NCBI GenBank assembly: GCA_965198225.1
Contig: CBDAOY010000005.1
Location: forward strand, 448,001 to 512,000
Length of the DNA stretch: 64,000 nt
Source of the DNA: Terriglobia bacterium
GTDB lineage: Bacteria; Acidobacteriota; Terriglobia; 20CM-2-55-15
Direction of reading: 5' to 3'
Notes under the pieces: generated by a model
Databases searched by the model: none
Told to the model about the DNA's origin: nothing
What the model saw: only the letters and a program-made list of their open reading frames with translations
Made by a program: the position numbers and the translations under genes
Part shown: piece after piece, positions 19,946 through 29,205 of the stretch
Layout: each line of letters opens with the position of its first letter
Position numbering within the stretch: the first letter of the stretch is position 1

Positions 19946-22035
19946 GGTCGTACCGTCTCGGCATCGATATCGGCGGAACGTTTACCGACGCCGCTCTGGT
20001 CGATGAGGCCGGCGCCGTCAAGATCGTCAAGGTTCCCAGTACGCCCGGCGATCCCGCTCGAGGATTCATGGCGGCAGTGGAGCGGGCACTGCACCCGGAC
20101 GCCACAGGCGAGGCCATTCGCCTCCTCGTCCATGCGACCACGGTGGCCACCAATGCGCTGATTGAAGGAAAAACCGCACGCCTTGGCATGATCACGACCC
20201 GGGGGTTTCGCGACATTCTCGAGATCGGCCGCCAGATCCGATCGCGTCTCTACGACGTCCATCTCACCAAACGTCGCCCCCTGGTGTCGCGGCGCTGGAG
20301 CTTTGGCGTACCGGAACGGCTGGATGCGAACGGTCGAGTGCTCGAGCCGCTCGATGAAGAAGCTGTCCGCCAGGCAGCACGCCAGCTCAAGCAGGAAGGC
20401 GTCGAGGTCGTCGTCTGCTGTCTACTCCACTCCTACATTAATCCGACGCACGAGCACCGCGTTGCCGCCATTGTGCGGGAGGAATATCCGGAAGCGTTTT
20501 TATCGGTCTCCGCCGATGTCTGTCCGGAGTTTCGAGAGTACCTCCGCGCCAGCACCTCGGCGGTGAACGGAGCCATCATGCCGCTGGTCTCAAACTATCT
20601 CTCCGCTCTCGAATCCCAAGTGCAGAGTCGGGGGATCACCGCGCCGTTCTACGTGATGCAGTCCAGTGGCGGCGTGATGAGCGTGCCTGCTGCCAAGGAG
20701 AAACCCGTCTACATGGTCGAGTCCGGACCCGCCGCCGGTGTCATCGCTGCCGGGGCGTTTGCCCAGCCGCACGACTATCAACAGGTGATCTCTTTTGATA
20801 TGGGCGGCACAACCGCCAAAGTCGGACTCATTCAGGACGGACAACCCCGATTATCGACCGAATTCGAAGTGGGCGGGCAGGCCATCACGCCGATGGGAGA
20901 AGGACGCGCCAGTGGTTACCCGGTTCGCACGCCCGTCATCGATCTGGTTGAAGTCGGCGCGGGCGGTGGCAGCGAAGCCTGGATCGACGGCGGCGGCGCC
21001 CTGCGGGTTGGGCCTCAAAGCGCCGGGGCTTCGCCCGGACCCGCCTGTTACGGCCAGGGAGGCACGACTCCCACCATCACCGATGCAAATCTTGTCCTGG
21101 GACGTCTCAACCCGGCCTTCTTTCTGGGCGGCGAAATCGCGCTGGCTATCGATGCGAGCCGTCAGGCGATTCTCAGCCAGTGTGCCACCCCACTCGGCCT
21201 CGACCTGTTGCAGGCGGCCCACGGTATCATCGAGATCGCCAACGCCCACATGATCGGCGCCATGCGCCTGATCTCGGTTCAAAGGGGCTACGATCCCCGC
21301 GATTTCGTTCTCGTGGCATTCGGCGGCGCCGGCCCGTTGCACGCCAATGCAGTGGCTCGCGAGCTCGATATTCCCACAGTGCTGGTCCCACCGAGTCCGG
21401 GTATTGCCTCGGCACTGGGAATGCTCATGACCGACATCAAGCACGAATTCGTTGCGACTCGCCGGGAACGCCTCTCCGACCTGGAACCCGATGAGCTGGA
21501 GTCGCTGTTCGCCGACTTCGTCGAACAAGGCGCCGCGCTGCTCGAGCGCGAAGGCGTGCCGACACCGAGCCAACGGATGCTGCGCAGTGTCGACCTGCGG
21601 TACCGGGGGCAATCGCATGAACTGCCAATCTCCGTGTCATCGGGATCCCTGACCCGGGAGCACCTGACCCGGTTGCGGACACACTTTGACGAGGCCCACG
21701 AACGCGCATACGGCTACGCCGCCCCGGAAGATGACATCGAAGTGGTGAACGTCCGCCTCACCGCTCTGGGTGTCAGTCCCAAGCCCGAGTTAAAGGCACG
21801 CCCCGAGGGAACCGGCGATGTCACGGGCGCTGTCAAGGGACACCGGCTGGTGTGGTTCAGCGAAACCGATGATTTCATCGACTGTTCGATTCTCGACCGT
21901 TTGCGCCTGTCGAGCGGAGACCTCGTCACCGGCCCGGCAGTGATCGAGGAGCTTGATTCGACAACGCTCATCCATCCCGACTACCAGGCTCGTGTCGATC
22001 GCTACGGAAATCTGCTGCTGGGTTCGACGGGCTAG
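19942..22035 (+). CDS. hyuA: hydantoinase A / oxoprolinase subunit (N-methylhydantoinase A-like)
   Basis: GIDIGGTFTD, HATTVATNAL, ESGPAAG, DMGGTT, GAGGGS, AFGGAGPLHA, DLRYRGQSHE. Confidence 0.92.
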   Translation: MRSYRLGIDIGGTFTDAALVDEAGAVKIVKVPSTPGDPARGFMAAVERALHPDATGEAIRLLVHATTVATNALIEGKTARLGMITTRGFRDILEIGRQIRSRLYDVHLTKRRPLVSRRWSFGVPERLDANGRVLEPLDEEAVRQAARQLKQEGVEVVVCCLLHSYINPTHEHRVAAIVREEYPEAFLSVSADVCPEFREYLRASTSAVNGAIMPLVSNYLSALESQVQSRGITAPFYVMQSSGGVMSVPAAKEKPVYMVESGPAAGVIAAGAFAQPHDYQQVISFDMGGTTAKVGLIQDGQPRLSTEFEVGGQAITPMGEGRASGYPVRTPVIDLVEVGAGGGSEAWIDGGGALRVGPQSAGASPGPACYGQGGTTPTITDANLVLGRLNPAFFLGGEIALAIDASRQAILSQCATPLGLDLLQAAHGIIEIANAHMIGAMRLISVQRGYDPRDFVLVAFGGAGPLHANAVARELDIPTVLVPPSPGIASALGMLMTDIKHEFVATRRERLSDLEPDELESLFADFVEQGAALLEREGVPTPSQRMLRSVDLRYRGQSHELPISVSSGSLTREHLTRLRTHFDEAHERAYGYAAPEDDIEVVNVRLTALGVSPKPELKARPEGTGDVTGAVKGHRLVWFSETDDFIDCSILDRLRLSSGDLVTGPAVIEELDSTTLIHPDYQARVDRYGNLLLGSTG

Positions 22036-22306
22036 TGACCTGTAACAGTGCTATCGGTACCAGCGTTCGGCGGAACGGCGTCGGATTCTAGGAGTGACGC
22101 CCGAGCCAATGCTGTTTCATTGCGAGGGCGTTACGACACCGAAGACGGCGCCGTTGGGCCGAACCCTTCGGGCCGATGGGGGTTGCGGGCGATCTCTTTG
22201 TCGGAAGCCGTCACCGATGAATGAGCATCGCTTTCCGTCTCCCTCCGCGACCTCGCCCGCAAGACCCATCGGCGATGGTACCGATAGCATTGTTACAGGC
22301 CACTAG
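22032..22306. mobile_element. MITE with ~30-bp terminal inverted repeats in CTAG context (IS630- or IS5-like ends)
   Basis: CTAG-TGACCTGTAACAGTGCTATCGGTACCAGCG ... CGATGGTACCGATAGCATTGTTACAGGCCA-CTAG; no transposase inside. Confidence 0.75.
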
Positions 22307-22448
22307 AAACAGCAGTCGGGTCCAGAAGCCCTGACGAGGATGGTCGAATGGGACGAAAAACCGGTCCCCGGAACATCATCGCCTGTCTGCGATGCGCCCG
22401 GCCGGAAGGAGTGTATACTCGATTCCTCACTTGACGGGAGCATCAGAC

Positions 22449-23180
22449 ATGGGGAAATCCGAAGAAGGCGGGGTCGGCCGCCGCAAGTTCCTCAAGGGTG
22501 CCGCCGTGACCGCCGCGGCCATCGCCGGACAAGGGCAGGTGGACGGCGCAGAACAACCCTCCGCCGAGAAACATGAACACCAGGCCGTGCCGTCAGACCT
22601 CGCGCTGCGGGTCAAGGCGCTCGAATCGGTGCTCGTCGAAAAAGAGATGGTCGACCCTGCTGAGCTCGATGCGGTTGTCGACAGATACGAGAACAGGGTC
22701 GGTCCCCGCAACGGCGCCCGGGTCGTCGCGCGCGCCTGGGTCGATCCTGCCTACAGGGCGCGCCTGCTTGCCGAGGCCACCGAGGCGATCGCAGAACTCG
22801 GGTACGGCGGGGGCCAGGGCGAGCACATGGTGGTGGTCGAGAACGAACCGAAGGTCCACAACCTCGTGGTGTGCACGCTCTGCTCCTGTTATCCCTGGCC
22901 GACGCTCGGCCTGCCGCCGGTGTGGTACAAGTCCGCTCCGTACCGCTCCCGCGCCGTGATCGATCCGCGCGGAGTGCTTCGCGAGTTCGGGCTCGAGCTG
23001 GGGGAAGACGTCGAGATACGTGTCTGGGACAGCACGGCCGAGATCCGTTACCTCGTGCTGCCGGAACGGCCGGACGGTACGGGGAACATGACCGAGGAAG
23101 AGCTTGCCGAAATCGTCACGCGCGACTCGATGATTGGCGTCGCGACCGTCCCGTCGCCGGAAGCGGGAGGCGGCGCATGA
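22449..23180 (+). CDS. nthA: cobalt-type nitrile hydratase alpha subunit with N-terminal twin-arginine-like signal
   Basis: [10 protein letters not shown] (Thr/Tyr = Co-type), [35 protein letters not shown]; N-terminal [18 protein letters not shown]. Confidence 0.93.
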   Translation: MGKSEEGGVGRRKFLKGAAVTAAAIAGQGQVDGAEQPSAEKHEHQAVPSDLALRVKALESVLVEKEMVDPAELDAVVDRYENRVGPRNGARVVARAWVDPAYRARLLAEATEAIAELGYGGGQGEHMVVVENEPKVHNLVVCTLCSCYPWPTLGLPPVWYKSAPYRSRAVIDPRGVLREFGLELGEDVEIRVWDSTAEIRYLVLPERPDGTGNMTEEELAEIVTRDSMIGVATVPSPEAGGGA

Positions 23181-23833
23181 ACAGCGTGCACGATATGGGT
23201 GGGATGGACGGCATGGGCCCCATCGAGCCGGAGCCGAACGAGCCTGTGTTTCACGAGCCGTGGGAAGGCCGGGTCTTCGCGCTCACTCTCGGGCTCGGTC
23301 CGTGGGGCCGGGGCCGCAACTGGAGGAGCTTTCGGTTCGAGCTCGAAAGCATCCCGGCTGCCGACTACCTGCGCATGTCCTACTACGAGCGCTGGTTCAC
23401 GGCGCTGCTGGTCAACCGGCTGATCGAGAGCAACCTCGTCACGCCCGCCGAGCTCGAAAGCGGTGAGGCCGACCCCGATCTGCCGCCACCGTCACTGCTC
23501 CCGGCGGCGGGAGGTGCGTCCCCAGGGTCCGGGCGTGGGGACCCTCCGGTGAGCCCGCAGTTTCGCCCGGAGCAGCAGGTTCGCGCGCGCAACCTGCACC
23601 CGCGAGGCCACATACGACTGGCACGCTACACCCGCGGCAAGCGCGGTACCGTGGTGCGCGACCACGGCGTCTTCGCCCTGCAGGACACCGACCCGAATGG
23701 GCAGACGCTCCGGGGTCGGCCGCAGCACGTGTATACCGTACGCTTCACCGCGGTCGAGCTTTGGGGCGATCGAGCCTCCGCTCGCGACACGGTATTTGTC
23801 GACCTGTGGGAGGACTACCTTGAGCCCGCCTGA
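23177..23833 (+). CDS. nthB: nitrile hydratase beta subunit
   Basis: [55 protein letters not shown]; ATGA-coupled to alpha. Confidence 0.93.
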   Translation: MNSVHDMGGMDGMGPIEPEPNEPVFHEPWEGRVFALTLGLGPWGRGRNWRSFRFELESIPAADYLRMSYYERWFTALLVNRLIESNLVTPAELESGEADPDLPPPSLLPAAGGASPGSGRGDPPVSPQFRPEQQVRARNLHPRGHIRLARYTRGKRGTVVRDHGVFALQDTDPNGQTLRGRPQHVYTVRFTAVELWGDRASARDTVFVDLWEDYLEPA

Positions 23834-24200
23834 TCGACAGGTCGAGGCGGAGCGGCTCGGTGCGCTGCCACCGCTGCCTCGCGATGAGGAAGGACCGGTG
23901 TTTGCCGAACCATGGCAAGCACAGGCTTTCGCGCTGGCGGTCAAGTTGTCCGAGCAGGGACACTTCACCTGGAAGGAGTGGGCGGGCGCGCTCGCCGACG
24001 AGCTCAAAGCGGCCGAGGCCCGCGGCGAACCGGACGATGGCTCGCAGTACTACCACCACTGGGTGGCTGCCCTCGAGCGACTCGTGACGGCAAAAGGCTT
24101 GAGTGATTCTCCGGCGCTGCTGGCGCGTAAGGAAGCCTGGGCCGACGCATACCGGCACACGCCTCACGGAAAACCCGTAGTGCTCCCTCCCTCGGACTGA
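23820..24200 (+). CDS. nitrile hydratase accessory/activator protein (NhlE/P14K-like)
   Basis: GPVFAEPWQAQAFALAV, FTWKEW, YYHHWVAALERL, TPHGKP. Confidence 0.88.
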   Translation: MSPPDRQVEAERLGALPPLPRDEEGPVFAEPWQAQAFALAVKLSEQGHFTWKEWAGALADELKAAEARGEPDDGSQYYHHWVAALERLVTAKGLSDSPALLARKEAWADAYRHTPHGKPVVLPPSD

Positions 24201-24447
24201 ATAGCAAAACTCTCCGGTTCTTCCACGAGCTTCCAAAAAATTTGAGATGAAGCAATCTACAATCTGCAACTTGCAATGCGGATTGTTAGATATCTCAATT
24301 TGCGATCAGCCGTACAAACGTCGCAGTTTCATTGACCCTCACCTCCTGGTTTTATATCCTCTCGTCAGCCCTACCGCACAAATAGTTCCGGCGCTCCTGG
24401 AGCGCGGCTACGACCGGACGGTTGGAGACTGAAGGAGAAAGACAGTC

Positions 24448-25309
24448 ATGAGATTATCCAGATCGTTTCTGTTGGTTTTCGTTCTCGTCCTGATGTCGGG
24501 CACGACGATGTCGGCCCTGGCTCAGGAAGCGGACGCCCCCCGACCTATCGCAGCGCTGGACAGCGTCTGGACAGAGGAATTGACGTGGATGGAGATCCGC
24601 GATGCCCTTGCTTCCGGAAAGACGACCGCCCTCATCCTGACAGGTGGCGTCGAGGCCAACGGGCCGTACGTGCCCACGGGCAAGCACAATTACATTCTGG
24701 AAGCGACGGGCGAAGGCATCGCCCGCGGGCTGGGGAACGCGCTGGTCGTCCCGATTCTGCGGTACGAGCCCGGACAGCCGGCAGAGGCCAGTTCGCCAGG
24801 GACGGTTGTGCTTTCACCGGACACCTACAAGGCGGTCCTGAGCGACTTGGCGGTCAGTTTGAAGGCGCAGGGGTTCAAGAACATCGTCATGATGGGCGAC
24901 AGCGGGGGCAATCAGAGCCGGATGCAGGAAGTGGCCGAGACCTTGAGCGCCGCCTGGACCGGCGAATCGACGGCGATCCACTTCGTTCGCGAATACTACG
25001 CCACCAAGCGGATCATCGACGAACAAGTCTTTCCCGATATGGGTATCGTCCCGGAATCGGAGGGCATCCACGACAGCTACCGGATCAACTCGGTTCTGTT
25101 GTCGCAGGACCCCGTGAAAGTCCGGTTCGAGCAGCGGGTTGCCGCCGGCAAAGCCAGTATCGACGCTTCTTGGTAGGCACGGCATCAGCATCAACCCGCC
25201 CGCCAAGACGATCGAGATCGGGAAGCAGAACCTCGAGCTCCGCGTCCGTCACGCGGTTGAAGCCATCCAGAGGGCAATCAAGGCGAAAGGAACCGAGCAG
25301 CGAAACTAG
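24448..25309 (+). pseudogene. secreted creatininase-family protein disrupted near its 3' end by a 16-nt insertion
   Basis: EELTWMEIRD, TGGVEANGPY..GKHN, GDSGGNQ, GIHD. After KASID the frame is broken at 25165-25180 and resumes as GISINPPAKTIEIGK..* (TAG 25307-25309). Confidence 0.75.
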
Positions 25310-25338
25310 TTTCTTCCCCGACGTCGACTCTTTCGCTC

Positions 25339-25500
25339 AGGTGTAGGTGCGCTCTGTGAGCGCACGTTCCACAGACTGCGACCATGTGCGGTCATAGACC
25401 GCACCTACACCTGCTAGACCAACATCTCTCGCTGAGGTGTAGGGGCGCTCTATGAGCGCACATTCCTGACTAAACAACTCTGTGTGGTAATAGACGGCGT
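25339..25500. repeat. REP cluster (one full REPIN plus a degenerate one)
   Basis: same GTAG REP palindromes as the other loci. Confidence 0.8.
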
Positions 25501-25512
25501 GCGTGCGTGCCG

Positions 25513-26298
25513 TCAGTGGGTCATCGAATAGACGATCCAGTTAATTCCCATACGGAACGCATACCCGGCAAATCTGTTGGGATAGCACTCCACGTCGGCC
25601 CATTCCCAGGCGTCCCCTATGTCGGTATTGAAATTGATCACCATCATCGGGCGGCGAGCGTCATCGAAAATCGCCAGGGCATAGGGAACAAAGCCATCCC
25701 CTTGATGTGTCGGACCCCCACGGCAGCCATTTCCGACGTTCGGGACCTGCAGGATCTCGTCAATGTCGAAGAACGAGTGGAAGATCTGGTGCGACATCGG
25801 GATCTCCTCGGGTTCCTTGTCCGGGAAGATCTTTTTCAACTGATAGTAAAAGTTCTGCCACTGATACGTTCCCCAGAAATCGTCGATGACGAGAAAACCG
25901 CCACGCAGCATGTACTCGCGGAGACGCTCCGCTTCCTGCGGGCTGAGCTCCATACCCCTTCCGACTTCGAGCGCATAGATGAACGGATAGCTGAACAGAT
26001 TGGGATCCATGATGTCGATCGCAATATCCTTGTCGACAACGACCCGGACATTGGAGAGCCGGTCGATGGCAAAGATGAACTGCTTGTCGGCTTTCGGCCA
26101 GTCGACTGACCAACTACCGTATCCGCGCCCCCACCCCCGGAAGTTGCCCAGTCCTTCGCTGTAGATCAGCCGCGCAAAAACGAACTCCGAACCGTCTATT
26201 CCGCCGTAGCTGCCCAACGGTTGGGCGGGAAAGAACTGGAAGGCGAGCAGGGGCAGTGGGAGCAGCGCTACACCGACGATCTGTAACAGTCGCTTCAT
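25513..26298 (-). CDS. DUF4159 domain protein, secreted
   Basis: FVFARLIY, WSVDWPKAD, YPFIY, LREYMLRGGFLVIDDFWG, NTDIGDAWEW, FRMGINWIVYSMTH. Confidence 0.88.
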   Translation of the reverse strand: MKRLLQIVGVALLPLPLLAFQFFPAQPLGSYGGIDGSEFVFARLIYSEGLGNFRGWGRGYGSWSVDWPKADKQFIFAIDRLSNVRVVVDKDIAIDIMDPNLFSYPFIYALEVGRGMELSPQEAERLREYMLRGGFLVIDDFWGTYQWQNFYYQLKKIFPDKEPEEIPMSHQIFHSFFDIDEILQVPNVGNGCRGGPTHQGDGFVPYALAIFDDARRPMMVINFNTDIGDAWEWADVECYPNRFAGYAFRMGINWIVYSMTH

Positions 26299-26332
26299 CT
26301 CTATCCGCAAGCTATCACTAAATGTTCATTAA

Positions 26333-26519
26333 GTGTAGGTGCGGTCTATGACCGCACACTGTTCTGGTCAAGGATGGCGTGGGGGGACCGGACCAACTGT
26401 CTCTCTCCGCGAACCCGCGCACAGCAATTCGGTCCGTGAACGTTCAGTCTTCCGTCGTGAGGGGGACGGTGGGCCCGACGCTGATAGATGGTTCCGCTCA
26501 TAGAGCGCACCTACACCTC
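26333..26519. repeat. REPIN interrupted by a 109-bp insert flanked by GATGG
   Basis: outer arms match the REPIN at 1511-1578; GATGG at 26373-26377 and 26487-26491. Confidence 0.7.
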
Positions 26520-26572
26520 CTCACGAAGACACGATTTTGAAGCACCCGGTCTGTCGTCCTCGACGGGCCCGC

Positions 26573-28744
26573 TCAGTTCGCGAGTGGGTCGGGGCGGAGC
26601 TGGAATTTCATCACCTTGCTCGTCGTCCCTCTGCCGCCTTCCATGTGGAAGGGAGCCCGGGTGCTCACGGTCGACCAGATCCCCCGGCCTTTCCAGCCGC
26701 CGTCGGGATCGTCAATGCGCCCATCCATCCATTTTGTATAGAACCCCAATGGATACGGGACGCGGAGAATGACCCACTGGCCGTCCTTCAGCGCCAGCAG
26801 TCCTTCGGACGCATTGCCGGTGTTGATCGGCACGTTGCTGCCCAGCCCGAGCGTGTCGAACTGATCGACCCAGGTGTAATAGCTGGACTCGGAGCTCCCC
26901 GAATCCGTGACGCCCTTCATTTGGGGTAACGGCTCCGGGTAGAAGCTCCATCCCTCCGGACAGTGTTGGCCCGTTGCAGTCGGTCCGTTTAGCGGTCCCT
27001 CGCACTTGCGACGGTCAAAACTGGCAAGATGTCCGCTCGCCAGGGCTGCCCAGAAGACGCCGTTGCGGTCGACGTCTCCTCCACGCGGTGAGAATCCTTC
27101 AACGGGCACCGCCGGGTTGTCCAATGGCAGCTCGTACACTTCCGCGAGCGCCGTCTCCGGCGGGTTCGTCCCCGGATCCAGTCGGACCACGGCACCCGGC
27201 AGGTAGAGCACGGTCCCCCAGATAGATCCGTCGGGAGCCGGCGCGACGGCGTAGAAGGCCCGTCCGAATCGCTTGTCCTTGGTGGGATCGAGCGGTTGAT
27301 CGGGTTCCACATACTCGTCTCTCCGGCCGTTGCCGTTCGTGTCCATGATCAGAGCGGTCCAGCCCTGCGACCTCTCCTCATCGCCGGTCTCCTCGAACAT
27401 CCTGGTGTTCAGCCAGCCGACGACCTGCCCGCCACCGCTCGTCCAGAGAGTGTTGTCTTCATCCTCTGCGAACATCAGGTGGTGGGTGCTGAAACATGTG
27501 CTGATATGTGTGAGCTGCTCGGTTTCCGGATCGTACATGGCGAGGTGTCGGCGGGCGCCGTCGAGCGGGAACAACTTCGCCGACGGATGGGTCGACGCTT
27601 CTTTGCAATAGTCGGGGTTACCCGACGGGCGCACGGTCGAGGTGATCCAGACCCGACCCTCCCCGTCGAACATCGGATTGTGTACGTTGTTCTTGCTGTC
27701 CCAGAGAACCTCATCGCCCCAGTACGGCGAAGGCTCGGGCATCCTCGGTGACGCCGGCGGAGTGCTGGGGTCGCGGACTGTCAAGTTTGCCCGGCTCGCG
27801 GTGTGGGTCATCGGATCCAGAACGGGCAGATAGTCCGCGCTCAGCTCGAGCGCTCCGTAGATGGGTCCGTTGGCATTGACGGTCGGATTCCGCCTGTCAG
27901 TCGCCGCCTCGTCGTGCAGGTAGTCAGTCGCGTCGGCCCAGTCCCACTGGGTGATGACGATGTTTCGTTCCTGACCCTGCGGCCGGGGCGGTGACGGCGG
28001 CAGCTCGCCCGCGGCGATGCGGTCGGTCCAGTCCGCGAACATCTCGAGCGCCCGTCCTCGGCCAAGCCGGTTGAGGCCGTTGCTCATCCCTCCGCCGGCC
28101 TGTCCGGACTGTATGCGCCGGTCCCAGGCGGCGACCGAGGAATCGAAGGTACCGAGGCTGGCCGGGATCTCGCGCGTCGCCTTGTTGCCCAGTTGATGGC
28201 AGGCCATGCAGTTGCCTGACTTCACATTTCGGAGGTACTCGGCCTGGCTTCGCATGTTCGGCGAAATACCGTTACCCTCGGGCCCTGTGCCGGGAAACTC
28301 GCTCTTGTCGGGCGGTTCGAGCAGGGAAAACCAGTACCCGGCCGGATAGTATTCCGCCGCCGCGCGAGCGTTCGGCGCCACCACCGCCGTCAGGTTCACG
28401 ATCCGGCCCGGTGCGGCCTCAACCTTGGGCGAATCCACCAGCCCGTAGCCACGAACCCAGACGCTGTAGTCCGCGCTCGGAAGGTCAGGCAACAGGTAGC
28501 GACCCTGGTCATCGGTGACCACGATCCTGACGAACTTGGTGGGCAGGTCGGCGGTTTCGGCGATCACCCACACACCCGCTTCCGGTCCGTTCGCGCTGGT
28601 GACCACTCCGCCGAGGTCGTCGTTGTCGATGTCGACCGCTCGACCCGTAACCTGGCCGGCGTTCATCCCGACCGGCGAAGCGGCCAGGAGCACCGCGACG
28701 CCGACGGCGGCCATGCCAAAGCCCAGAATTGTTCTTATCGTCAT
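26573..28744 (-). CDS. secreted carboxypeptidase-regulatory-like domain protein with c-type heme motif and beta-propeller
   Basis: signal peptide; GVWVIAET..VVTDDQGRY..WVRGYGL; CMACH heme-binding motif; propeller-like C-terminal repeats. Confidence 0.8.
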   Translation of the reverse strand: MTIRTILGFGMAAVGVAVLLAASPVGMNAGQVTGRAVDIDNDDLGGVVTSANGPEAGVWVIAETADLPTKFVRIVVTDDQGRYLLPDLPSADYSVWVRGYGLVDSPKVEAAPGRIVNLTAVVAPNARAAAEYYPAGYWFSLLEPPDKSEFPGTGPEGNGISPNMRSQAEYLRNVKSGNCMACHQLGNKATREIPASLGTFDSSVAAWDRRIQSGQAGGGMSNGLNRLGRGRALEMFADWTDRIAAGELPPSPPRPQGQERNIVITQWDWADATDYLHDEAATDRRNPTVNANGPIYGALELSADYLPVLDPMTHTASRANLTVRDPSTPPASPRMPEPSPYWGDEVLWDSKNNVHNPMFDGEGRVWITSTVRPSGNPDYCKEASTHPSAKLFPLDGARRHLAMYDPETEQLTHISTCFSTHHLMFAEDEDNTLWTSGGGQVVGWLNTRMFEETGDEERSQGWTALIMDTNGNGRRDEYVEPDQPLDPTKDKRFGRAFYAVAPAPDGSIWGTVLYLPGAVVRLDPGTNPPETALAEVYELPLDNPAVPVEGFSPRGGDVDRNGVFWAALASGHLASFDRRKCEGPLNGPTATGQHCPEGWSFYPEPLPQMKGVTDSGSSESSYYTWVDQFDTLGLGSNVPINTGNASEGLLALKDGQWVILRVPYPLGFYTKWMDGRIDDPDGGWKGRGIWSTVSTRAPFHMEGGRGTTSKVMKFQLRPDPLAN

Positions 28745-29205
28745 ATCGGATCTCCTTCGTGTTTCGTCCCCGTTCACCAGGGTTTGATGGTGCGACAATT
28801 CCTCGCGCCTTCCGGCCGCGTGCCGGTGACGCGATTCACCTCTCACCTACGGCCCGCATGGAGTTGGTCGCCGATTTCGTAGGGAACCACGCGGGTACCG
28901 CCAGCGAGAGACACACCGCACCCCGTTACACTTTCGAGCGATCTCTGTGGAACTGAGTAAATACTACGAAACGAGGAGGTTGGAAGCAATCAAACTGTTA
29001 CCTGGATGGACTGCCGCCAAATCTGACATGTGACAGTGGGTTGGTCGATGTCCGGAGGTCACAACTTCCGCTGATTCCGGCTATCGCTCAAGCGCCGGGG
29101 ACAAATCTGCATGTACGGGCCATATTGGACCTATCCCCCCTATAGTTTCAGCCACAAATCGGGAATGCTCGTACCGCCCTTTCTCATATACGATTGTCAG
29201 CACCT

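Noticed and set aside
24238-24300. Imperfect AT-rich hairpin after the NHase operon as a riboswitch or ncRNA
   Set aside because: No recognisable aptamer motif (for example NiCo or cobalamin); it may be a terminator or degenerate repeat, but cannot be supported further.
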